The notes under the pieces: model-generated | Seen by the model: only the letters and a program-made list of their open reading frames with translations | What the model was told of the DNA's origin: nothing | The model's database searches: none | Translations under genes and position numbers: made by a program | From: Mobula hypostoma | Lineage: Eukaryota | NCBI RefSeq assembly: GCF_963921235.1 | Contig: NC_086097.1 | Span: 45,386,001 to 45,450,000, forward strand | Direction: 5' to 3' | Length of the DNA: 64,000 nt | Part shown: positions 1 to 11,381 of the stretch, piece by piece | How positions within the stretch are numbered: position 1 is the stretch's first letter | How the letters are laid out: each line of letters opens with the position of its first letter

Positions 1-465
1 CTCCTGGGATATAGGTTGATCCAATTTCCTGCAATCAACTAATGAAAGATTAGGAATATTTAATTGATCTAAAAAATTATTCATTGCAATATTGTCATTA
101 ACAGAGTCAGAACTATACAATTAGGAATAAAATTCCCTAAAAGTGTCATTAATTTCAAAGTGGTCAGTTGTCATGTCCCCATTAATTTTACGTATTTCTT
201 TAATTTGCCTCTTGGCTATAAATGGCTTCAATTGATTAGCCAGTAGCTTACCAGTTTTATCTTCGTAAATATAAAATTAACTTCTATCTTTTAAAAGCTG
301 GCTTTCAATTGGATACATTAAAAGAAGATCATATTTAGCTTTGGTTTCAATACATCTCTTATATGTTTCAGGGTTAGGTACCCAAGCATATTTAAGGTCC
401 AGTTGTTTTAACTGATTAGCTAGTTCGTTTCTCTCTTTGTTAATTTTATACAGTATTGTGTATTG
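1..465 (-). mobile_element. L1-clade LINE ORF2 fragment (EN-RT linker), decayed, runs off the window edge
   Basis: Minus-strand translation KYDLLLMYPIESQLLKDRS*FYIYEDKTGKLLANQLK...EINDTFREFYS*LYSSD resembles the fish L1 ORF2 linker (GDKxGKLLA, FxxFYxxLY); in-frame stops. Confidence 0.75.
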
Positions 466-1734
466 CATTTCACAACATATGCCAGTTATATTAAACCCAA
501 TTGTGAATCTGATTCTGAGATGATATTCTGTTCCAGATGATTTGACAGAGTAATCAGTAACAGAATACAAATGTTTCTGTGTCTCGTTCCAGCACACCTC
601 CCCCCACCCCCCACCCTCAACCACTGTCTGGCCTGACCGCAGTTTCCGATTATCTGAAAAGGACCCCAAAGAAGGTTGTTGTGAGTGGAGATTGCAGGGT
701 GGGTGTAAAGCCAGATATTATCAATATCAGCAGCTCACCAAGTGAGGGACAAAGGAGAAATCGGAGGTAATTCAGCTACAACTCTTTCTCAAAGTGGATG
801 AGGCCGCACTGCCACACAGACACTCGCCACTTCTGGCTGCTCCAGTGGAAGTCTGCCAGTCAGCATAGCGTTTAGGCGTGCGTCCTTCCTGGCTAAATAA
901 CTGGTGATATGTGCGAGGGGTGGCGTACAGCAATACGGAGAGAGTGAGGCGGAGGTAAATTTAAGGAAGTCAGGACTGATTCCCAGTTGCTGGAGAGTAC
1001 TTTAGGAGAATGACAAAGGTGTGGTACATTGTGGATTGAGTCTTGACTAGGGAGTAAATCAGGGCAGTCGATACTATTCAGGTTTGCAGTGCTTCACCTA
1101 CAAAGACGTGGGCAGCCCCAGACTTTCACTGGCCTTTTTCACTGACTACCCAATGAGAAGGGACCACAATCACCTCGCATGGTATTTCAGTGTCAGACGG
1201 GATAACTGGGGCAGCAATTTTCAGATCCCTGACTTTAACACGCGCATGGCGCACTGGAAGTTGGTGACTGATTTACTCCTTAATAACTGTCATCGAGTCA
1301 TCCAGCAGGGAATCAGGCCATTCAGCCCAATCAGTCCATGCTGACCAAGCTGCCTATCAAAGCTGGTCACTGTTTCCTCAAGCTATCTTCACTGCAAATT
1401 CTGGGCTACAACTTTGCTGACTTTTTCCCAGGGACAACAACACAGTGGCAGCATTCTGGGGCTGTCTGTATGCTGTTACTGCATGTTTCTCACAACACAC
1501 TCTGTATGCTGTCACTGCATGCTTCTTCCAGCTGCTCTACCTTCTTCACGCATCCAAGAGGGATCTGGGTTGGTGGGTTCATTCCCAGTTTTAGGGGGGT
1601 GGTAGAGTCTAGAGAAGCTGATGGGAATGTGGGGAGAATGGAAGAGGTTGAGTGCAGGATCAGTTAAAATGTGTGCTTGATGGTTGGAAAGATCTCAGAA
1701 GGCCAAAGGGTCTGTCTCCACACCCGATCTCTTA

Positions 1735-2225
1735 ATAACTCTAATAAAGGTTGGGAAAGAACAGAGAAAATTGACAAGGATGTTTCTGGGTCTGCAGGAT
1801 CTGAGTTATAAGTAAAGATTGAATAGGTTCAAACTTTATTCCTTGGAACAGAGAAGACTGAGATGACATTTGATAGAGGTATACAAAGTTATGAGGGTTA
1901 TAGACAGAGTAAATGCAAGCAGGATTTTTCCCCTGAGGTTGGGTGGGACTATAACTAGAGGTCATGGGCTAAGGGTGAAAGGTGAAAGGTTTAAGGGGAA
2001 TATGAGGGGAAACTTCTTCATGCAGAGGGTCATGAGAGTGTGGGATGAGCTGCCAGTGTAAGTGGTGCAGGTGAGCTTGATTTCAATGTTTGAGAGAAGC
2101 TTGGATAGGTAAATGGATGGTAGGGGCATGGAGGGCTGTGGTTTCAGTGTAGGTCAATGGGAGTAGGCAGCTTAAATAGTTGGCACAGATTAGATGGACC
2201 AACAGGCCCATTATGCAGTGTACTA
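1735..2225 (+). mobile_element. CR1 LINE 3' fragment
   Basis: ORF 1870-2061 IEVYKVMR...TRGHGLRVKGERFK...FFMQRV..W is the CR1 ORF2 C-terminus. Confidence 0.85.
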
Positions 2226-2646
2226 TGATTATATTTTTAAAAGCCAGAAGTTTAAAACATTATTGTATAATATATCAAAAATGAGACTTATGGCAAGGTG
2301 TAAGGTAAACACCTTGGCAGCAACGTGTAGAGAAGGCTGCCAGCCCAGTGTTCTGAGAAGACAAAGCATGAAAATGCAGACAAGCTTACCTTTCATAAGT
2401 TCATTTCCAACTCATGCTCCACCCAAGGACTACAGTTCTATTGGATCAGGTTTAGATTGCAGTCTCGGGATACTGCTCAACAGTTATGCATTTGCATAGG
2501 ATCATCAGTGTAAAGTTGTTGAAGCTGCTAAAAATAATGTTTAAATATAATTTGAGAAGTTTCAGCAACTACTCAGGACTGTTGTGACCACCTTTCGCAA
2601 CTGTCTCACCAAGCTACTCAAGACTGTCTGATAGCTGGTCCCTTAC

Positions 2647-2733
2647 ACGCACACACACACCACACACAGACACAGACACAGACACAGACACAGACACAGA
2701 CACAGACACAGACACAGACACAGACACACCACA
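2647..2733. repeat. (CACAGA)n/(CA)n microsatellite
   Basis: Seen directly. Confidence 0.95.
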
Positions 2734-2805
2734 CTTTTATATCTACCAGTTCAGCTCTCAACTGTGTTTGTTGATACTTCATGACAAACAGTGGGTCATG
2801 AACAT

Positions 2806-2823
2806 AACCGCGATGAGCCCCCA
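2806..2823 (-). promoter_or_regulatory. Putative tRNA-Pro primer-binding site next to an LTR
   Basis: Minus strand reads ...CACAACA-TT-TGGGGGCTCATCGCGGTT; 14/18 match to the tRNA-Pro PBS TGGGGGCTCGTCCGGGAT, 2 nt from the LTR end. Confidence 0.7.
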
Positions 2824-3268
2824 AATGTTGTGACTGTGAAAAGGGTCATCAGAGAGACACTGGAGCTGATGATATAGAAGTCATTATTCATCTCAACAAG
2901 CAGATATCATTCTGGAGACACTCTCGGGAGAGGCTTGCAAACCCAAAGGTACATCACATTTTTATACACTTGAGTAGCTGATGCAATACAATTTCAATAG
3001 TTACAATGTCATGTCATCTTTTCTTTCAATATTTTGGGTTGACAGTGCTTCCTTTGCATTACATATCTACCATGACAGTTACCTCTGAATGTTCAAACAC
3101 CTTTGACACAAAATAATTCACACAAATAGTCTGAAAGCTTCAGGGACAGAAATCCCAGACACAGAATATTAAACAACAGGAATTCTGCAGATGCTGGAAA
3201 TTCAAGCAACGCACATCAAAGTTGCTGGTGAACGCAGCAGGCCAGGCAGCATCTCTAGGAAGAGGTAC

Positions 3269-3309
3269 AATCGACGTTTCAGGCCGAGACCCTTCGTCAG
3301 GACTAACTG
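3269..3309 (-). ncRNA. Minimal type I hammerhead ribozyme motif in the PLE arm
   Basis: Minus strand AGTC-CTGACGA-AGGGTCTCGGCCT-GAAA-CG-TC-GATT: CUGANGA and GAAA core, GUC cleavage triplet. Confidence 0.8.
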
Positions 3310-4840
3310 AAGGAAGAATTAGTAAGAGATTTGAAAGTGGGAGGGGGAGGGGGAGATCCAAAGTGATAGGAGAAGACAGGAGGGGGAGGGATGGAGCCAG
3401 TGTCCCCCACTTTTCGTTCGCTACATCGACATCTGTCCCCCACTTTTCCTTCGCTACATCGACAACTGCATTGGCGCTGCTTCCTGCATGCATGCTGAGC
3501 TCGTTGACTTTATTAACTTTGCCTCTAACTTTCACCCTGCCCTCAAGTTTACCTGGTCCATTTCCGACACCTCCCTCCCCTTTCTAGATCTTTCTGTCTC
3601 TACCTCTGGAGACAGCTTATCCACTGATTGTCTACTATAAGCCAGCTTATCCACTGATTGTCTACTATAAGCCTACTGACTCTCACAGCTATCTGGACTA
3701 TTCCTCTTCTCACCCTGTCTCTTGTAAAAAGGCCATCCCCTTTGCGCAATTCCTCCGTCTTCGCCGCATCTGCTCTCAGGATGAGGCTTTTCATTCCAGG
3801 ACGAGGGCGATGTCTTCCTTTTTTAAAGAAAGGGGCTTCCCTTCCTCCATCATCAACTCTGCTCTCAAACGCATCTCCCCCATTTCACGCATATCTGCTC
3901 TCACTCCATCCTCCCGCCACCCCACTAGGAATAGGGTTCCCCTGGTCCTCACCTACCACCCCACCAGCCTCCGGGTCCAACATATTATTCTCCGTAACTT
4001 CCGCCACCTCCAACAGGATCCCACCACTAAGCACATCTTTTCCTCCCCCCACTCTCTACTTTCTGCAGGGATCGCTCCCTACGCGACTCCCTTGTCCATT
4101 CGTCCCCCCCATCCCTCCCCACTGATCTCCCTCCTGGCACTTATCCGTGTAAGCGGAACAAGTGCTACACATGCCCTTACACTTCCTCCCTTACCACCAT
4201 TCAGGGCCCCAGACAATCCTTCCAGGTGAGGCGACACTTCACCTGTGAGTTGGCTGGGGTGATATACTGCGTCCGGTGCTCCCGATGTGGCCTTCTGTAT
4301 ATTGGCGAGACCCGACGCAGAGTGGGAGACCGCTTTGCTGAACACCTACGCTCTGTCTGCCAGAGAAAGCAAGATCTCCCAGTGGCCACACATTTTAATT
4401 CCTCATCCCATTCCCATTCTGACATGTCTATCCATGGCCTCCTCTACTGTAAAGATGAAGCCACACTCAGGTTGGAGGAACAACACCTTGTATTCCGTCT
4501 GGGTAGCCTCCAACCTGATGGCATGAACATTGACTTCTCTAACTTCCGCTAATGCCCCACCTCCCCCTCGTACCCCATCCGTTATTTATTTATATATACA
4601 CACATTCTTTCTCTCTCTCTCCTTTTTCTCCCCCGTCCCTCTGACTATACCCCTTGCCCATCCTCTGGGTTCCCCCCACCTTGTCTTTCTCCCGGACCTC
4701 CTGTCCCATGATCCTCTCATATCCCCTTTGCCAATCACCTGTCCAGCTCTTGGCTCCATCCCTCCCTCTCCTGTCTTCTCCTATCATTTTGGATCTCCCC
4801 CTCCCCCTCCCACTTTCAAATCTCTTACTAACTCTTCCTT

Positions 4841-4882
4841 CAGTTAGTCCTGATGAAGGGTCTCGGCCTGAAACGTTGACTG
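4841..4882 (+). ncRNA. Minimal hammerhead ribozyme motif in the PLE 3' region
   Basis: AGTC-CTGATGA-AGGGTCTCGGCCT-GAAA-CG-TT-GACT; stem I AGTC/GACT. Confidence 0.8.
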
Positions 4883-5301
4883 TACCTCTTCCTAGAGATG
4901 CTGCCTGGCCTGCTGTGTTCACCAGCAACTTTGATGTGTGTTGCACAGAATACTGATGTTGTCAGGGATGTCTCTGAGCAAACAAATATCAGAAGTACAC
5001 AAAAACTATTTATTGCCTATATCTGTGACCACGTTTGATATACTAAGTGACAACATCAGTCTGGTTTGCCAGTCACAATGGTGCAAATACCTTAGCTATG
5101 TTCCCTGGTTTGATGCAGGGCAATTAAAACAATTGCATTGTCTTAACATTTGGCTCTTGCATTCGCAATCTCTTAGTCTGTGGAGCTGCTTGCAATTTAC
5201 AAAAAAAAATACAGAAGGCTAATTGCAAGCTTCCTGAACATCTGCATTTACAATAGAACTGAAGCCTGATTCTTGTTTGAATTAATATCTGCTATATTCA
5301 C

Positions 5302-6067
5302 AAAAGACCATAAGACTATACCAGATAGCAGCAGAATTAGGCCCATTGATTTTGCTCCGCCATTTCATTATGGCTGATCCATTTTCCCACTCAACCCCAT
5401 TCTTCTGCCTTCTCCCCATAACTTTTCATGCCTTGACTAATCAAGACCCTATCAAGCTTTGCCTTAAATACTTCCAATGACTTAGCCTCCATAGCTGTCT
5501 GTGGCAATGAAATCCACAGATTCACCACCCCTAGGCTAAAGAAATTCCTCCTCATCTCCGTTCTAGATGGACATTCCTCTAGTCTGAGGTTATGCCTTCT
5601 GGTCCTAGACTCCACCGCAATAGGAAACATCCTCTCCACATCCACTCTTATCAAGGCCTTTCAACTTTCAATAGGTTTCAATGAGAAAACTCTCCATTCT
5701 TCTAAATTCCTTCGAGTCCAGGCCCAAAGCCATCAAACACTGTTCATACAATAAGCCTTTCTTTCCCAGAATCATCTTGTGAACCTTCTCTGAATCCTCT
5801 CCAATGTCAGCCCATCCTTTCTTAGATAAAACTCCTCAAAATACTCCTTGTGAGTACTCACTAGTACTTTATAAAGCCTCAACATTACATCTTTTCTTTT
5901 ACATTCTAGTTCTCTCGAAATGAGTGCTAGCATTTCATTTGGCTTCTTCACCACCAATTCAACCCTGCAAATTCACCTTCAGGGAATCCTGCACAAGGAC
6001 TCCCAAGTCACTTTGCACCTAGGATTTTTGAATCTCCTTCCCTTCTAGAAAACATCTATGCTTTTGT
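5302..6067 (-). mobile_element. CR1 LINE 3' fragment nested in the LTR
   Basis: ORFs 5391-5654 and 5772-5957 match the CR1 ORF2 C-terminus; AAGACCATAAGA tail. Confidence 0.88.
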
Positions 6068-6969
6068 TAACTCCAGAATACTCCCTAACAAAGACCATGA
6101 ATGTCCACATACCCAAATATGAAGACTGCGTTAAAAACCTCCAACTGAGATGCAGACTACAAAAACCAATTTGACATTGTCAAATGAAGTAAAATCCACA
6201 AGCCCAAGTAGGAAAGATTACCAGACTCACCGGCCTCAGTAATCTTCCTTTCTGCACCATAAACCAAGAAAACTTAACAAAAATAGGCATCAAAAGCCAT
6301 TTGACTAACTTTGCTGATCTAGAGTATTCACAATTCTAATACACCTCACTTATGTACTGAGCCAAATATATTGTAACTGTGTAAAATACATGTATGCCTC
6401 TCATTGCAGAGATGGTGCATATAGGCCCTGCATCGAACAACAATCAACTGTGTGACTTTGCAGTAATTTTGAACAATCAGGACTTCTCCATCTGCTATGA
6501 TTAAGACATTGTTATGTTTATGATCCCTTAGCTGCTGCTGTAACAGGCAGTGACATCAATAAACAGAGACATACATTTAGTATTGTTTAAAGCCTTTTAG
6601 CCTTGTTTTTATCCTTTTATTAAAATATAGTCCTCGTATTAGTTTTACAAGTCAAATGCACCTCTGTGAAAAACATTCTTTTGCTGGCTTCCTGAATAGA
6701 GATTATAGTGCTGGAATTAATTAAACATCATTTTTTTAAAATAGAGTGGATTGACATTTCCACTTCCCTTTGGGATGTACAGGACTAAATGGCCATGAAC
6801 AACACTGATAACTTCTTCGAATTAAAGTTTTGATTGCGTTGGCTACATCTCTGCTCCATTCACATTATGCTAAATTTACTTGTACTAAAACGTTATATTT
6901 GTGTGTGAAAACAATTGACGCTGCTACAAATCCTGTATCTGTAAATATTGCCTTATAACAATGTAAGAT

Positions 6970-8700
6970 ACTATTTATTTAGCAATGCAGCGTGCAGTAG
7001 GACCTTCCGGCTCTTCGAGCCATGCTGCCCCAGCAACCCTACAACCCCAATTAACCCCTCCCAATCACCGGACAATTCATAATGACCAATTAATCACTCC
7101 CAATCACTGGACAATTCATAATGACCAATTAACCCCACCCAATCATCGGACAATTCATAACGACCAATCCTCCCAATCATCGGACAGTTCATAATGACCA
7201 ATTAACCCCACCCAATCATCGGACAGTTCATAATGTCCAATTAACCCCACCCAATCATCGGACAATTCATAATGACCAATTAACCCCACCCAATCATCGG
7301 ACAATTCATAACAACCAATGCTCCCAATCATCGGACAGTTCATAATGACCAATTAACCCCACCCAATCATCGGACAATTCATAATGACCAATTAACCCCA
7401 CCCAATCATCGGACAATTCATAACGACCAATCCTCCCAATCATCGGACAGTTCATAATGACCAATTAACCCCACCCAATAATCGGACAGTTCATAATGTC
7501 CAATTAACCCCTCCCAATCACCGAACAATTCATAATGACCAATTAACCCCACCCAATCATCGGACAATTCATAATGACCAATTAACCCCACCCAATCATC
7601 GGACAATTTATAACGACCAATCCTTCCAATCATCGGACAGTTCATAATGACCAATTAACCCCACCCAATCATCGGACAGTTCATAATGTCCAATTAACCC
7701 CTCCTAATCATCAGCAGTTCATAATGTCCAATTAACCCCACCCAATCATTGGACAATTCATAATGACCAATTAACCCACTTAATCATCGGATAGTTCATA
7801 ATGACCAATTAACCCCTCCCAATCATCGGACAGTTCATAATGGCCAATTAACCCCACCCAATCATCGGACAATTCATAATGACCAATTAACCCCAACCAA
7901 TCATCGGACAATTCATAACGACCAATCCTCCCAATCATCGGACAGTTCATAATGACCAATTAACCCCACCCAATCATCGGACAATTCATAACGACCAATC
8001 CTCCCAATCATCGGACAGTTCATAATGACCAATTAACCCCACCCAATCATTGGACAATTCATAATGACCAATTAACCCCACCCAATCATCGGACGATTCA
8101 TAACGACCAATCCTCCCAATCATTGGACAGTTCATAATGACCAATTAACCCCACCCAATCATCGGATAGTTCATAATGACCAATTAACCCCACTTAATCA
8201 TCGGATAGTTCATAATGACCAATTAACCCCACCCAATCATCGGACAATTCATAATGACCAATTAACCCCACCCAATCATTGGACAGTTCATAATGACCAA
8301 TTAACCCCACCCAATCATCGGATAGTTCATAATGACCAATTAACCCCTCCCAATCATCGGACAGTTCATAATGTCCAATTAACCCCTCCTAATCATCAGA
8401 CAATTCATAATGTCCAATTAACCCCACCCAATCATTGGACAATTCATAATGACCAATTAACCCCACCCAATCATCGGATAGTTCATAATAACCAATTAAC
8501 CCCTCCCAATCATCGGACAGTTCATAATGGCCAATTAACCTACCCGTGCATCTTTGGACTGTGGGAGGAAACTGGAGCAGTTGGGGAAAAGCCGAAGATG
8601 TATAGAGACTCCTTATAGAATAATGCAGGAAATGAACTCGGAACTCCGGAACGGCCCGAGCTGCTGTAGTGTCGTGCTAAGCCCCTACGCCACTGTGGCT
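6970..8700 (-). mobile_element. tRNA-derived V-SINE-like element (HE1-like) with an internal minisatellite expansion
   Basis: Head with A/B-box-like motifs at ~8625-8700; TCTTTGGACTGTGGGAGGAAAC V-domain-like motif at ~8550; CR1-like tail at ~6970-7040; homologous to the copies at 28250 and 31240. Confidence 0.65.
7045..8540. repeat. Minisatellite of 39-bp units (CAATCATCGGACAATTCATAATGACCAATTAACCCCACC) mixed with 34-bp variants, roughly 40 units
   Basis: Direct tandem repetition with no unique spacers. Confidence 0.97.
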
Positions 8701-8904
8701 TTATGTCATATAGGCAATGTTATAAGGAAATATGTGCTTCTGCAATTCTTAAAATCACTGATCTCCTTGCAAAATACTGCGTTTTTAAATAAATAAAGGA
8801 TCTCCAGACCTCAATCTCTACTTCTAATCTGTATCCTGTTTCATACCTTTCTCTATTATTAGACACTCATTGAATTTAATGCTTCAAACTCAGAATTGTT
8901 GTCA

Positions 8905-10110
8905 CAGAGTCATAGAGAAGTATAGCATAAAAACAGGCTTTTTTGCCCATCCAAAACCATTAAAGCTGTCTACTCCCATTCACCTGCACTGGGACCATGG
9001 CCCTCCATACCCCTACCATCCATGTACCTATCCAAACTTCTCTTAAACGTTGAAATCAAACTCACATGCACTGCTTGTGCTGGAAGCTCATTCCACACTC
9101 TCACGACCCTCTAAATGAAGAAGTTTTCCCTCATGTTTCCCTCAAACTTCTCACCTTTCACCCTTAAACCATGGTTGGAATCCCATTGAACCTCGGTGGA
9201 AAATGCCTGTTTACATTTATCCTATCTATATTCCTCATAATTTTGAAAACCTTAAATCTCCTCTTAGTCTACTTTCTAAAGAATACAGTCCTAACCTATT
9301 CAATCTTTCCTTATAACTCAGGTCCTCCAGACCCAGCTATATCATTGTAGAATTTCTTTGTACTCTTTCAAACTTGTTTACATCTTTCCTGTAGGTAGGT
9401 GACCAAAACTGCACACAGTACTCCAAATCAGGCCTCACCAACGTCTTATACAACTTCAACATGACATCCCATCTCCTATACTCAATGCATTGATTTATAA
9501 AGGCCAATATCCCTATCTACCTGTGACGCCACTTGCAATGAATTATAGACCTGTATTTCCCAAATCCCTTTGTTCTGGCTCACTCCTCAGTTCACTGTGT
9601 GAGATCTACCCTGGTTGGTCCTACCGAAGTGCAAAACCTCACACTTGTCTGCATTAAATTCCACCTGCCATTTTTCAGCCCATTTTTCCAGCTGATGCAG
9701 ATCCCTGTACAAGCCATGATGACCTTCCCTACTGGCCACTACACCCCTAATCTTGGTGTCATCCACAAATTTGCTGATCCAGTTAACCACATCATCATCC
9801 AGATCATTGACATAGATGACAAACAACAAAGGATCCAGCACCAATCCCTGCGGCACACATCTAGTCACAGGCCTCCAGTCAGAGAGGCAACCCTCTACTA
9901 CCACTCTCTGGCTTCTCCCACAAAGCCAACGTCTAATCCAATTTACCTGAATTCCGTGTAACTGAACCTTCTTGACCAGCCTCCCATGCAGAACCTTGTC
10001 AAATGACTTACTAAAGTCCATGTAGACAACATTCACTGCCTTGCTTTCATCCACTTTCCTGGTAACTTCCTTGAAAAAACTATAAGATTGGTTAGACATG
10101 ACCTACCACA
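8905..10110 (-). mobile_element. CR1 LINE 3' portion (RT domain to tail)
   Basis: ORF 9587-10099: VVYMDFSKSFDKV, VPQGLVLDPLLF, ISKFVDDTK. Confidence 0.92.
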
Positions 10111-10414
10111 CAAGTAGAATTGCACTTGAATTGCTCAATAGCTTTTCCTGCTCAACACCTTGTCCACAGCTCTTCTGCTTTCTGCCATTATCATTCCTCA
10201 GTCTCGTTAGAAACATCTGTGACTTCAATTACCTTGGCAGATTCTATTAGCTGTGTCTCAGTTGCTAACAATCTACCCTCTGACTTGGAAGGTCAATAGA
10301 TTAATTGCTTTTTTGCACATGAGCACAAAGTCTAAGCTAACAGTTCAGTGGTGGTGCTGTCGGTGGATGTGCCTTTTGGCTAGGTTACTAAGCCCAATCC
10401 TTGTTTACCCTTCG

Positions 10415-11381
10415 AGGCCACACTCAGGTTGGAGGACCAACACCTTATATTCTGTCTGGGTAGCCTCCAACCTGATGGCATGAACATTTACTTCTCTAAC
10501 TTCCGTTAATGCCCTTCCTCTCCTTCTTACCCCATCCCTTTATTTATTTATTTGTTTATTTATTTATTTATTTATTTATTATTCTCTCCCTCTCCCCCCC
10601 CCTTTTCTCTCTCTCTTTTTTTTCTCCCTCTGTCCCTCTTACTGTAACTCCTTCTCTGCTCTCCATCTTCCTCTGGTGCTCCCCCCCTTCTTTCTCCCTA
10701 GGCCTCCCGTCCCATGATCCTCTCCCTTCTCCAGCCTTGTATCCCTTTTGCCAATCAACTTTACAGTTCTTAGCTCCATCCCTCCCCCTCCTGTCTTCTC
10801 CTATCATTTTGGATCTCCCCCTCCCCCTCCCACTTTCAAATCTCTTACTATCTCTTCTTTCAGTTAGTCCTGACGAAGGGTCTCAACCCAAAACGTCAAC
10901 TGTGCTTCTTCCTATAGATATTGGAAGAAGTGATCCCCACAATGATGTTGTGGGGATGGAACTGGACTCTCTGATGGTGTGTCTGAAAAGAGGATGCTGT
11001 CTAAGTTGCATGCCATTTTGGTCAACGTCTCCCATCCACTACATAATGTACTGGGTGGGCGCAGGAGTACATTCAGCCAGAGACTCATTCCTCCGAGATG
11101 CAACACAGAGCGTCATAGGAAGTCATTCCTGCCTGTGGCCATCAAACTTTACAACTCCTCCCTTGGAGGGTCAGACACCCTGAGCCAATAGGCTGGTCCT
11201 GGACTTATTTCATAATTTACTGGCATAATTTACATATTACTATTTAACTATTATGGTTCTATTACTATTTATTGTTTATGGTGCAACTGTAACGAAAACC
11301 AATTCCCCCCGGGATCAATAAAGTATGACTATGACTATGCTGCCTGGCCTGCTGCATTCCAGCAGCATTTCGTGTGTGTTG
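10415..11381 (+). mobile_element. PLE 3' fragment with a decayed hammerhead motif (10861-10902), interrupted by Rex1
   Basis: Near-identical to 4460-4943; sequence resumes GCTGCCTGGCCTGCTG after the Rex1 insert. Confidence 0.88.
10945..11339 (+). mobile_element. Rex1-type LINE 3' fragment
   Basis: SHPLHNVL...STFSQRLIPPRCNTERHRKSFLPVAIKLYN; AATAAA followed by a (TATGAC)n tail. Confidence 0.85.

Larger units (their letters stand above)
3169..4943 (+). mobile_element. Penelope-like element, 5'-truncated (RT C-terminal part + GIY-YIG), with an inverted terminal arm at 3169-~3399
   Basis: FLRYIDNCIG...FHPALKFT..LPFLDL (RT); VIYCVRCSRCGLLYIGETRRRVGDRFAEH (GIY-YIG); left arm is the reverse complement of ~4750-4943; TSD CACAGAATA at 3160-3168 and 4944-4952. 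Confidence 0.92.
2826..6090 (-). mobile_element. LTR (probable 5' LTR) split by a PLE and a CR1; LTR pieces 2826-3168, 4944-5301, 6068-6090
   Basis: TGTTG...TAACA ends; pieces are colinear with the intact copy at 13600-14372; PBS adjacent. Confidence 0.8.

Noticed and set aside
3140..3587. Recurrent ORFs (SVSPDEGSRPET..., MLVNAAGQAAS...) as a small-protein family
   Set aside because: They are translations of the non-coding PLE terminus; PDEG..PET is the hammerhead core read as codons
7045..8540. CRISPR array or repeat-protein gene
   Set aside because: Units are contiguous with no unique spacers, there are no cas genes, and the context is eukaryotic. The HYELSDDWVGLIG ORFs arise because the 39-bp unit is a multiple of three.
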